Positions 1-11,000 of a stretch of 64,000 nt of DNA are shown piece after piece. Origin of the DNA: Alphaproteobacteria bacterium (lineage in GTDB: Bacteria > Pseudomonadota > Alphaproteobacteria > UBA828); contig CBDCRW010000003.1 in the NCBI GenBank assembly GCA_965221125.1, forward strand, positions 256,001 to 320,000, written 5' to 3'. Each line of letters begins with the position of its first letter. Position 1 is the stretch's first letter. The translations under genes and the position numbers were made by a program. The notes beneath the pieces are model-generated. The model had not been told where the DNA came from. It ran no database searches and worked only from the letters and a program-made list of their open reading frames with translations.

Positions 1-208
1 CGCAGGCCTCGACCCCGTGGGACTTCGCCTCGGCGACCAGGTCGCTCGCCGCATCGGGAAAGCCGACCTCGGCATCGAATTCCGACGTGTGATTGATCGC
101 CACGTCGGCGCCGTGCTCGGCCAGCGCCAATGCGATGGCGCGGCCGATGCCCCGGCTCGCGCCCGTGACGAATGCGGCTCGGCCCGAAACGTCAAATCGG
201 TCGTTCAC
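1..208 (-). CDS. Short-chain dehydrogenase/reductase, N-terminal part (runs off the window)
   Basis: Manual translation from GTG at 208 with RBS GAGGAGGAGA gives MNDRFDVSGRAAFVTGASRGIGRAIALALAEHGADVAIN, containing the TGxxxGIG Rossmann motif. Not in the ORF track. Confidence 0.85.
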   Translation of the reverse strand, partial: MNDRFDVSGRAAFVTGASRGIGRAIALALAEHGADVAINHTSEFDAEVGFPDAASDLVAEAKSHGVEAC

Positions 209-365
209 GCTCTCCTCCTCTCCGCAGAGCCCGGACAAGCGCCACTATGCCACACCGTCCGCGCCATGAAGCAACGGCCTGGCCGCACATCCGGCCCATC
301 GGAGCGATGGTATACTGCCGCTGCCGCGAAGATTCGGTGCCGGGCTTCCATCGAGGGGGTCGAGG

Positions 366-2144
366 ATGCAATCGCTTGATCTCGCCATCATCGGGAACTG
401 CACCTATGCGGGCCTGCTCGATTCGCGGGCACGCCTGGTGTGGGCGTGCATGCCCCGCTTCGACGGCAACCCGGTGTTCTGCGATCTGCTGCAGCCGATC
501 GAGCCCGTCGGCTTCTACGAAGTCGAGCTCGACGGCTTCGCCACCAGCGAGCAGCGTTACCTGCCGAACACGGCGATCGTGGAGACGACGCTGCGCAGCA
601 AGTCCGGCGATGCGCTCAAGGTCCAGGACTTCGCACCGCGCTTCAAGCGGCACGGCCGCCTCGCGCGCCCCTTGACCATGATACGGCGGCTGATCCCGCT
701 TTCCGGCAACCCGCTTGTCCGGGTGAGGCTGCGACCGGCCGGGAACTACGGCGCCGAGCGGCCGACCGTCACGCGCGGCAGCAATCACCTGCGTTACGTC
801 CTGCCGGACCACGTGCTGCGACTCACCACCAACGTGCCGGTTTCCTTCGTGCTGGAGGAGAAGGCGTTCCTGCTGAACCGCCCGTTCGACCTCATTCTCG
901 GCCCCGACGACTCCATTGAGCGGGACATCGCGGAGCTTTGCCGCGAGTTCATCGAGAGGACGGAAGACTATTGGCGGGAATGGGTCCGTTACCTCGCGCT
1001 GCCCTTCGAATGGCAGAGCGAGGTGATCCGCGCGGCCATCACGCTGAAGCTGTGCGAGGTCGAAGAGACCGGCGCCATGGTGGCCGCCATCACCACGTCC
1101 ATCCCCGAGGCGAACGGGACCTCCCGCACCTGGGACTACCGCTTCTGCTGGCTGCGCGATTCCTATTTCGTCGTCCGCGCGTTCAATCGCCTGGGCATCA
1201 CCCGCACCATGGAGGAGTATCTCAACTACATCCTGAACATCGTCGCCGCGAGCGCCGACGGCACGCTCCAGCCGGTGTTCGGCATCAACATGGAGACCCA
1301 GCTCAAGGAGCGCGAGATCGCCACACTCCGGGGCTATCGCGAGCACCAGCCCGTGCGGGCCGGCAATCTGGCCTACGTCCAGACCCAGAACGACGTCTAC
1401 GGCAACGTCATCCTGGCCTGCGCACAGGTGTTCTTCGACGAGCGAATCGACCTGCAGGGAGACGAGAGCCTGTTCCGCGTGCTGGAGCGGGTCGGCGAAG
1501 CGGCGTTCCGGCTCTACGACAAGGAGGACGCGGGATTGTGGGAGCTTCGCGGCAGCGAGCGCGTCCACACCTTCTCGGTCCTCATGTGCTGGGCGGCCTG
1601 CGACCGTCTCGGGCTCATCGCGCGGCGCCTCGGACTCGAGGATCGCGCCCGGCTGTGGGAAGAGCGCGCCGAAACGATCCGGGAGTGCATCGAGCGCGAG
1701 GCCTGGAACGAGGAAAAGCAGAGCTATGTGAGCGCATTCGGAGGCAGCGAAATCGACGCGGCGCTGCTGCTCATGCACGAGATTTCCTATTGCAGCGCCT
1801 GGTATCCGCGTTTCAGCGGCACCGTGGCGGCGGTCGAGCGCGAGCTGCGGCGCGGCGATCACGTGTTTCGCTATGTCGAGACGGACGACTTCGGGGCGCC
1901 GGAGAATGCGTTCAACGTCTGCACGTTCTGGTACATCGATGCCATCGCGGCGCTGGGCAGGCGGGACGAGGCGCGGCGGCTGTTCGAAAACATGCTCGCC
2001 TCGTGCAACCCGATGGGCCTCCTGTCGGAAGACCTCGATCCGAAGACGGGAGAGTTGTGGGGGAACTTCCCGCAGACCTACAGCATGGTCGGGTTGATCA
2101 CCTCGGCGATCAAGCTCTCCCAGCCGTGGGAGGATGCCTTCTGA
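366..2144 (+). CDS. Glycoside hydrolase family 15 (trehalase/glucoamylase-like)
   Basis: LAIIGNC N-terminus, WDYRFCWLRD, GLWELRG, GLLSED...GNFPQTYS motifs; adjacent to otsA. Confidence 0.9.
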   Translation: MQSLDLAIIGNCTYAGLLDSRARLVWACMPRFDGNPVFCDLLQPIEPVGFYEVELDGFATSEQRYLPNTAIVETTLRSKSGDALKVQDFAPRFKRHGRLARPLTMIRRLIPLSGNPLVRVRLRPAGNYGAERPTVTRGSNHLRYVLPDHVLRLTTNVPVSFVLEEKAFLLNRPFDLILGPDDSIERDIAELCREFIERTEDYWREWVRYLALPFEWQSEVIRAAITLKLCEVEETGAMVAAITTSIPEANGTSRTWDYRFCWLRDSYFVVRAFNRLGITRTMEEYLNYILNIVAASADGTLQPVFGINMETQLKEREIATLRGYREHQPVRAGNLAYVQTQNDVYGNVILACAQVFFDERIDLQGDESLFRVLERVGEAAFRLYDKEDAGLWELRGSERVHTFSVLMCWAACDRLGLIARRLGLEDRARLWEERAETIRECIEREAWNEEKQSYVSAFGGSEIDAALLLMHEISYCSAWYPRFSGTVAAVERELRRGDHVFRYVETDDFGAPENAFNVCTFWYIDAIAALGRRDEARRLFENMLASCNPMGLLSEDLDPKTGELWGNFPQTYSMVGLITSAIKLSQPWEDAF

Positions 2145-2228
2145 TGGTATGAGTCCGGCGCTTGGCCCGCCGCGATTCCGTCGTCGGGCTACGCCGATGG
2201 AATCCGTTCGTCGGGTGACAGGGAACCC

Positions 2229-3611
2229 ATGACGAATCGCATTGTCATCGTCTCCAACCGGGTCGCGCCGGTCAACGAGGGCAAGACCGCTGCGGGCGGC
2301 CTGGCCGTCGCCGTGCTTGCGGCCTTGCGGCGCTCAGGCGGCGTCTGGTTCGGCTGGAGCGGCGAGGTGGTCGACGCGCCCGACGAGAGCGTGACCGTGA
2401 CCGAGAGCGGACAGCTTGCCCGCGCCACCGTCGATCTCAGCGAACGCGACCACGAGGAGTATTACAACCGCTTCGCCAACGCCACGCTCTGGCCGCTCTT
2501 TCACTACCGCGTCGATCTCGTCAACTTCGACCGCGTGAACTACGCCGGCTATCGGCGCGTCAACGCGGCGTTCGCCCGCCGGCTGGCCGGCCTGCTGCGG
2601 CCCGACGACCTGATCTGGGTCCACGACTACCACCTGATTCCGCTTGGCCAGGAGTTGCGCCGGCTCGGGGTACGGAACCGCCTGGGTCTGTTTCTGCACA
2701 CACCCCTGCCGCCGCGGGAACTGCTGGCGACGCTGCCGGTGCACAAGGCGCTCATGCGCTGCTTCTCCCACTTCGACCTTGTCGGCTTCCAGACCGAGAC
2801 GGACCGCGGCCACCTTCTCGACTATCTGGAGCGCGAGGCGGGAGCACGGGTGGAGGAGCGAGAGGGAGGCGCCGTCGTTCGCGCTTACCGCCGGGTTTTC
2901 AGGGTCGAGACCCATCCCATCGGTATCGACACCCGCTACGTCGAGCGCAACGCCGCGAAGGCCGAGAGCAGCCGGGAATACGAGCGCCTTCGCGTCAGCC
3001 TCGGGGGCCGCCGGCTGATCGTCGGCGTGGACCGGCTCGACTATTCGAAGGGACTGGTGCAGCGCTTCGACGCGTTCGCGCATTTCCTGCGGGCCCATCC
3101 CCGCCACCGCAACCGTGTCTCCCTGATGCAGGTGGCACCCCCCAGCCGCGGCGGCATCGCCGAGTATTCCGAGATCCGGCGAACGCTGGAGACCCTCGCC
3201 GGGCACGTGAACGGCGAGTTCGCGGAGGTCGACTGGGTGCCGATCCGCTACCTGAACAAGAGTTTTGGTCGACGTTCCCTGTTCGGCTTCCTGCGCCACG
3301 CGCAGGTCGGCCTGGTCACACCGCTCCGCGACGGCATGAACCTCGTCGCCATGGAGTATCTGGCGTCCCAGCGGCCGGACGATCCGGGGGTTCTCGTGCT
3401 TTCGCGCTTCGCCGGCGCGGCCGAATACCTGCCGGACGCGTTGATCGTGAATCCCTACGACGTGGAAGGTGTCGCCAAGACCATCCAGGCGGCGCTCACG
3501 ATGCCTCTAGAGGAGCGACAGGAACGCTGGCGGAGATCGATGCACGTTCTCCGCTCGAACAGCGTGGAGGCCTGGTACGAGCGGTTCGTCGCCCGGCTCT
3601 CCGAGGAATGA
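2229..3611 (+). CDS. otsA: Trehalose-6-phosphate synthase (GT20)
   Basis: [43 protein letters not shown] motifs. Confidence 0.95.
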   Translation: MTNRIVIVSNRVAPVNEGKTAAGGLAVAVLAALRRSGGVWFGWSGEVVDAPDESVTVTESGQLARATVDLSERDHEEYYNRFANATLWPLFHYRVDLVNFDRVNYAGYRRVNAAFARRLAGLLRPDDLIWVHDYHLIPLGQELRRLGVRNRLGLFLHTPLPPRELLATLPVHKALMRCFSHFDLVGFQTETDRGHLLDYLEREAGARVEEREGGAVVRAYRRVFRVETHPIGIDTRYVERNAAKAESSREYERLRVSLGGRRLIVGVDRLDYSKGLVQRFDAFAHFLRAHPRHRNRVSLMQVAPPSRGGIAEYSEIRRTLETLAGHVNGEFAEVDWVPIRYLNKSFGRRSLFGFLRHAQVGLVTPLRDGMNLVAMEYLASQRPDDPGVLVLSRFAGAAEYLPDALIVNPYDVEGVAKTIQAALTMPLEERQERWRRSMHVLRSNSVEAWYERFVARLSEE

Positions 3612-3618
3612 GCTGGGC

Positions 3619-4383
3619 TCAGGAGGGTACGCGCACGCCGCCGGCCACCCGCGCCAGCCAGTCCCGTAATTCTGCGACCGTACCGACCTGCACGGCCGCC
3701 CGCGTGGCCGCGCCTTCGCCAACGCGGATGCTCACGCCGCCCCGCGCGTTGACGACCGCGAATCCGTCTTCGTCGGTGACATCGTCGCCGCAGAACACCG
3801 GCGTCCGCCCGAGGAACGGCGCTTCGCCCATGAACGCGTCGATGGCCGTGCCCTTGGTGGGCCCGCGCGGTCTGATTTCGAACACGCCCTTGCCTTCGAC
3901 GACCTGCCAGCCCGGCGGGATGTCCTCAAGGGCGGCGTCCACGACATCCCTGCAGTCATCCTGCAGCGACGGGGCGAGGCGGTAGTGCAGGGCAAGAGTG
4001 TGCGTCTTGTCTTCGACGAGAACGCCCGGACGCTCCGCCGCGAACGCCTGCAGCAGCGCGCGGGCAGCGCGCAGGTTTTTCGGCGGCACGGGAGGACGCA
4101 CGATCCCGCCATCCACCGTGCGCCGTTCGAGCCCGTGCAACCCGGCGACGGCCGGGACGGCAGCGCCCAAGAACCCGTCGATCTGCTCGATGGGCCGGCC
4201 CGTGACGATCGCGACGGCGCCGCCCAACGCCGCGCGCGACGCGACCAGCAGCGGAGGCAGGCAGTCGGGCACGTCGACGGCCTCGGGCGTTGGCGCGATA
4301 TCGACGATGCAGCCGTCGAAGTCGAGAAACAGTGCCCAATCCAGGCACGGCTCGGGCAGTTTCCCGGCGTTCACGGCAGCCAC
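3619..4383 (-). CDS. otsB: Trehalose-6-phosphate phosphatase (HAD)
   Basis: FLDFDG, LHYR, GKGVFEIRP, GDDVTDEDGF motifs. Confidence 0.92.
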   Translation of the reverse strand: MAAVNAGKLPEPCLDWALFLDFDGCIVDIAPTPEAVDVPDCLPPLLVASRAALGGAVAIVTGRPIEQIDGFLGAAVPAVAGLHGLERRTVDGGIVRPPVPPKNLRAARALLQAFAAERPGVLVEDKTHTLALHYRLAPSLQDDCRDVVDAALEDIPPGWQVVEGKGVFEIRPRGPTKGTAIDAFMGEAPFLGRTPVFCGDDVTDEDGFAVVNARGGVSIRVGEGAATRAAVQVGTVAELRDWLARVAGGVRVPS

Positions 4384-4406
4384 TCACCCAGGGTCGCCCC
4401 ACGGCG

Positions 4407-4700
4407 TCATTCGACACCCTCGACCACCCGGAAGTCGCGCTCCACCGCTCCGTCGAGCTTCGCGGCCGCGGCCTGATAGGCGTCGCTCCGATAGGCAGCG
4501 AGCGCCTGCTCGAAGCTCGGGAATTCGACGACGACGGTGCGCCCGCCAATGCCATCGTCGAACGCCTCGACCCGGCCGCCGCGCGCCAGGAACGTGCCGC
4601 CGCTGGCCAGGATCGCAGGCCCTGCGGACTTGGCGTATTCCGCCAGCGCGTCCGGATCCTTGATCTCCCGGTAACAGCTTACCCAGTAACCCTTCGCCAT
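4407..4700 (-). CDS. DUF1330-family small protein
   Basis: KGYW...Y...GGTFLARGG...VVEFPS...AYRSDAYQ pattern; RBS GGAGGA. Confidence 0.8.
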   Translation of the reverse strand: MAKGYWVSCYREIKDPDALAEYAKSAGPAILASGGTFLARGGRVEAFDDGIGGRTVVVEFPSFEQALAAYRSDAYQAAAAKLDGAVERDFRVVEGVE

Positions 4701-5075
4701 TGCGTCCTCCTTGAAGGCAATCGGTCCGACGCTCTCCAGGCCGTCGGCACATCGACAGCCTACATGCCCTGCCCCTCGAGCGCTCGTGCCCGCATTACGG
4801 CGAGCCGACTCATGCTTTCAGCGCTGCCCGCATTGCTTGAGGTGGCCTCGCCTTTCCGGGCTGCGTGGCGGCTGGCTCAGGGTCGACAGGCGCGACTCGT
4901 CGGGCGTCGGGTTCTCGGAGGGCGTGTCGGGCGGTCCGCGTTGCTGTGCCGGCGGCGGACGATCAGGCAAAATGATCCCACGCAAACTGCGGCCGCAGGG
5001 TGTATGTATGCCGCTTGCGACCTAATGCTTTCCTGAGATGGTTCGTACCGTCCTCCTGACCGAGGGAGAACCGCG

Positions 5076-8000
5076 ATGGCGGAACGAGACAAGCCGTGCG
5101 CTCGAGCCGACGACGCATGCCCTCCTGACGAGGGTCGCGCGCCGGAAGTCTCCGGGTCGAACGAGCCCGTGGCGATCGTCGGCATGGCCTGCCGCTTCCC
5201 CGGTGCGGACGACATCCACGCCTTCTGGCGCCTGCTCGAAGAGGGCGGCAACGCCGTGCAAGAGGGCGTGCTTGGCTCGGGCATCGGGCGCATCGGCGCG
5301 CTCTTCCCCGACGACACGGGGCAGATCCCGGCCTGCCGCTTCGGCGCCTACCTCGACGAGATCGACCAGTTCGACGCTGCCTTCTTCCGCATTTCGCCGG
5401 TCGAGGCGCGGCTGCTCGACCCGCAGCAGCGGCTGATCCTGGAGACGAGCTGGCGGGCGCTCGAAGACGCGGGCATCGATCCCGACCTGCTGAAGGAGAG
5501 CCGCACCGGCGTCTATGCGGGGATCAGCAACAACGACTACCGAGGGCTGATCCTGGAGGCGGGCGAGAACGCGGGGGCCGCCGAGCCCGCCGCCAGCCTC
5601 TATGCGGTCACGGGCACGTCCCTCAACACGGCCATCGGCCGGGTCGCGTTCGCGCTCGGCCTCGGCGGGCCGGCGATGGCGGTGGACACCGCCTGCTCGT
5701 CATCCCTGGTCGCGACGCACCAGGCGGTCTCGGGCCTGCAGCGGGGCGACGCGGACCTCGCGCTCGCCGGCGGGGTGAACATCATTCTCTCCGGCCGGCT
5801 TCTGGAGTTTCGCGCCAACGCGGGGATGCTGTCGCCGGACGGCCAGTGCAAGACCTTCGATGCCTCCGCCAACGGGTACGTGCGCGGCGAGGGCTGCGGG
5901 ATTCTGGTCCTGAAGCGGCTTGCCGAGGCGGAGGCCGACGGCGACCGTATCTGGGGGGTCATCCGGGGCACGGCGCTGAACCAGGACGGGGCGAGCCAGG
6001 GCCTCACGGTTCCCAACGGGGCGGCGCAGGAGCGCGTGATCCAGGCAGCGCTCGAGCGGGCCGGGGTCCAGCCATCGGATATCGACTATCTGGAGGCGCA
6101 CGGCACCGGCACCGAGGTGGGCGATCCCATCGAGATCAATGCGACCGCGGCGGTCTACGGGCGCGATCGGGACGCGGGCCGCCCGCTGCTGATCGGCTCC
6201 GTGAAAACCAACATCGGCCACCTGGAATCCGCGGCAGGCGTCGCGGGACTGGTCAAGACCGTGCTCGCGATGAACCGGGGGCTCATCCCGAGGCACCTGC
6301 ATTTCCGCACACCCAATCCGGAGATGGACTGGGAGCGGATGCCGTTGCAGGTGACGTCCGAGCCTGCGCCGTGGCCCGCCCGCGCAGACCGCCCGCCGCT
6401 GGCGGGTGTGAGCGGCTTCGGCTGGTCGGGTACGAACGCCCATGTCGTGCTGGAGGGGTACGGCGGGCCGAACGGCGCCGAGGGGGCCACGGGCGCCGCG
6501 CGGCCGGTCGCGGTCTCGCTGCCGGCGTCGGTCGCCGGGCAGGCGCAGGCGGAAGGCGGGCTCGCCCCACGCGGAACCCGCCTTCTGCCGCTCTCGGGCA
6601 GGACGGCGGACGCGCTTCGCGCACAGGCGGCGGGCTATCTCGAATGGCTCGGCGAGCGGAAGGCGGCCCTCGTGGCCGAGGGTGCGGCGTCCGATCCCCT
6701 GCTGTCCGACATGGCATGGTCGGCCGGCACCGGCCGGAGCCATTTCGGGCACCGCGCGGGCGTGGTGTTCCACGACGCGGGCTCCCTGCGCGACGGCCTG
6801 ACGACGCTTGCGGACGGAGAGGCCGAGATGGCTTCGGCGGCAGGTGCGCCCACCGGAGCGAAGGTGGCCTTCGCCTACACCGGGCAGGCCAGCCAGTGGC
6901 TCGGCATGGGCGCGGCGCTCTATGCGAGCGAGCCCGTGGTCCGCGCCGTGCTGGACCACTGCGATGCCGTGCTTGCGGAAGAGCGCGGCGGCGCCTCGCT
7001 GCTTGACGTGATGTTCGGCCGCGCCGGGGCGGCGGGCGACCTCGACGATCCGCAGTGGAAGCAGCCCGCGATCTATGCGCTGGAGTGCGCGCTCGCGGCG
7101 CTCTGGGAGAGCATCGGGATCAGGCCGGACGTGGTGATCGGCCACAGCCTGGGCGAGATCGCGGCCGCCCAGACGGCCGGCGTGTTCAGCCTGGAGGAAG
7201 GGCTGCGCTTCGCCGCAGCGCGGGGTGCGTTGCTCGGCGCGCTTCCCGGCGAGGGCGCGATGGCGGCGGTCTTCGCGCCGGCACCCCGCGTGGCCGAAGC
7301 CGTGGACGAGCTGAACGCCGCCTCCGCCGGGCCGGGTCTCAGCGTCGCGGCGGACAACGGCGCCCACCAGGTGGTGAGCGGCCCCAAGGCGGACGTGGAG
7401 GCGTTGCTCGCGCGCTTCGAGGCGGAGGAGATCCGCGTCGCGCGGCTGCGCAGGAGCCCGGCCTACCACAGCGCCATGATCGAGCCGGCACTGGGCGATC
7501 TCGAAGCCGCCATCTCGACGATCCGCTTCACGCCGCCGAGCCTCACCTTCGTCAGCAACCTGACCGGCCGGGCGCTGGAGCCGGGCGAGGCGCCGGATGC
7601 GGCCTATTGGCGCCGCCAGACGCGCGAGAAGGTGGCCTTCCGCGCCTGCATCGAGACGCTGGCGGAGCTCGGCGTCGATGCGGTCATCGAGATCGGCCCC
7701 CACGCCGTGCTGGGGCCGATGACGACCATGGCCTGGCCGGCGTCCGCCGGGGCGCCGCCGGCGGTGATGTCGAGCCTGATTCGGCCGGCGAAGGACGAAG
7801 AGCCGCCGGCACCGGGCTCAGGCGGCGGCTTCGTCGCGGCGGTGGCCGGCGCCTACGAAGCCGGGCTCCCGCTCCGTTACGACGGGCTCTTCGCCGGCGA
7901 GGCGCGGCGGCGCATCGCGCTGCCGGGCTATCCCTTCCAGCGCGAGCGCCACTGGGTCGAGGCGCCGAAGCGGCGGCGGCAGGCGAGCGACCACCCGTTG

Positions 8001-11000
8001 CTGGGCAGCCGCCACGAGTCCGCGAGCGGGGAGATCGCCTTCGACACCGAAATCTTCCCCTCCGATCCCGCGTGGCTCGCCGACCATCGCGTCTTCGGCC
8101 GCCTGATCGCGCCGGGCGCGCTCTATGGCGCCATGGCGGCGGCGGCCTGCCGTGCCGAGGGCGACGACGCGGCGGCCGTCGAGGATTTCCGGATGCAGAC
8201 CGCGCTGGTCTTCCCCAAGGAGGATGCAGAGGACGCGGGCCGGCGGATGCAGGTGCTGCTCGACGATGGCGAGGAGGGCGCGTCTCGCCGGGTCCGGGTC
8301 CTCAGCCGGGGCGAGGGCGAGGACGGCTGGACGCTGCACGCGGAGGGGCAGGTCTCGAGCGGTGCGGCCGGCGCGCCGCCGGCCGTGCCGCCGCTCGATG
8401 TCGACGGCTGCAAGGCCGCGCTCTCGCCGGTGGACCTGCCCGCCTACTACCGCGCCAAGTCCGCGGTCGGGATCGACCTCGGCCCTTCCTTCCGCACGTT
8501 GGCGGCCCTCTGGGCGCGGGATGGCGAGGCGCTCGGCGAGGTGATGCTGCCCGCCGGGGTGGAGCAGGGCCCGCTCGACGTGCATCCGCTCATGCTCGAC
8601 GGCTGCTTTCAGATCATGGCGGCGGCGCGCGATCCGGACGGAACCGAGGACGGGATCACCTACCTGCCGTTCGCCTGGGAGCGGCTCTGGCTGAGCGACG
8701 GGCTGCCGGATCGACTCTTCTGCCACGTGACCATGCGGGAAAGCCCGCGCGATGTGGCGGCCGATGGCGAGGACGGCGGGGCGCTGGAGGTTCGCGCGGC
8801 GGACATGCGCCTCCATGGCGAGAGCGGGGCGCTTCTCGGCGAGCTCGCCGGCTTCACCGTCAAGCGGGCGACGCGGAGCGCCATGCTTGCCGCGGTGGAG
8901 GGGGTCGACGAGCTGCTCTACGAGGTTGTCTGGCGCGACCGCGCCCTGCCGCCCGGAATGCTGCCGGCGGACTTCCTGCCGAGTCCCACGGCCGCGGCGT
9001 CCCGCGCGCAGCCGTTCTCGCGCTACCTGACCGACGAGGGAGTCGACGTCGCGGACGAGACCGACCTGCAAGGGGAGATGGGGCGCGCCTCGTGGTGCTA
9101 CGCGCTCGCGGCGCTGGAGGCGCTCGGGTGGGAGCGGAGCGCAGGCGCGGTCGTGGATTCGGAAGAGCAGCGCGAGCGCCTCGAAGTTCTGCCCGAGCAC
9201 GCGAATCTGTTCCGCCGAATGCTGGAGATCCTGGCCCGCTCGGGCATGCTGCAGGCGAAGGACGAGGGCTTCGTCGTGACGGTCGGAGCCGATGACCCGT
9301 TGCCGGATGACATGCCGCGCGATTCCGAGGCGTTCCTGGATGAGGTGACGGCGCGCTTCCCCCACGCGGCGAACGAGATCGGGCTGTTTCGGCGCTGCGC
9401 CGGCGCGCTATCCGAGGTGCTGCGCGGCAACGAGGACCCGCTGTCGCTGCTGTTCGGCGATGCCGAGCCGACGGCCGGCGATCTGTATCGGCTGGCGCCG
9501 GTCTGGCGGGCCGCGAACCGGATGATCGGTGAGGTGGTTCGCTCGCTCGTGGACGACGTGCCGGACGGGCGGCGGCTGCGCGTGCTGGAGGTGGGCGCCG
9601 GCATCGGCTCGGCGACCGAAACCATCCTGCCCGAGCTTGCCGCCGGGCAGTTCGACTACATGTACACCGACATCTCCGCAGGCTTCTTCGCGGAGGCGGA
9701 GTCGCGCTTCGGCGGCGCCGAGGCGTCGATCGACTACCGGGTGCTGGATATCGAGAAGGACCCGGTGGAGCAGGGCTTCGACCCCCACGCTTACGACATG
9801 GTCATCGCGGCCAACGTGCTGCACGCCACGCGCCATCTGGACGAGACGCTTGCCCACTGCCGGGCGCTGCTCGCGCCGTCCGGGCTGCTGGTGGCGCTGG
9901 AGAACCAGCGCGGCCGGGGCTGGATGGACCTGATCTTCGGCCAGCTGGACGGGTGGTGGCGCTTCGCCGATCGCTACCGCGCGGATCACGCCCTCGCGGG
10001 GCCCGACGTGTGGCGTCAGGCGCTCGCCGATACCGGGTTCACGGAGTCCGAAGTGCTCGGCGTGGATCGGTCGGCCGCGGCCGGCCTGCCGGATCGAGGG
10101 GTGATCGTGGCGCAGGCACCGGCAGAGATCGCCTTGCCGGAGGGCGTCTGGATCCTGGCGGCCGACCGGGGCGGCACGGCGGCGGCGCTGGCGGCGCAGC
10201 TCGCGGCCCAGAACCAGCGGGTGGTGCTGGCGGGCGACGATCCGCACGCCACCGGCGCCGCGGCAGAGAGCGAGGCCGGGATCGTCGCGGCATCGGTCGA
10301 GATGGAGCGCCGCGAGTCTTGGGCGTCGCTCGTCGAAAACCTGCCCCCGGATGTGCCCTTCGCCGGCGCGGTGCATCTCGTCGCGCAGGACGGCCACGGC
10401 CCGGAGGCCACGACCGCAGACATGGCGGCGGACGCGAAACGCGCGGCGGCTAGCGCGCTCGCGCTCGTGCAAGGCATCGCCGACGCCGACGCCGCGCCCG
10501 AGAAGGGCCTCTGGTTCGTCACCCGGGGCGCGCAGGTGCTGGAGCGGGAGCGGGCCGGGCAGCTGGCCGGCGCCGCGCTCTGGGGCCTGGGCAGGGTGGT
10601 GGCGCGGGAGGCGCCCCAGCTGCAATCGCGGATGCTCGATCTCGACCCCGAGGCAGCCGAGCCGCAGGCTGTCCTCGCGGATGAGCTGCTGTTCCCGGAT
10701 TCGGAGAACCACATCGCGCATCGCCGGGGGCGCCGCCAGGCGGCCCGGCTGGTTCGGGCGGGTTCCGGTGCGAACAGTCTTGCTTTGCCGGAGGAGGCCG
10801 ACTGGGTGCTGGCGCCGGACGAGGGCGGCGCGATCGAGACGCTGCGGGTGCAGCGGCAGCCGGCGCGTGCCCTGGAGCGGGGGGAGGTGCGCGTCGCGGT
10901 CGAAGCCTGCGGGCTCAACTTCCTGGACGTGTTCCGCGCCATGGGTCTGGTCGAGGAGGGACTGCTCGGCGAGGAATTCTGCGGCCGGATCGTCGAAACC

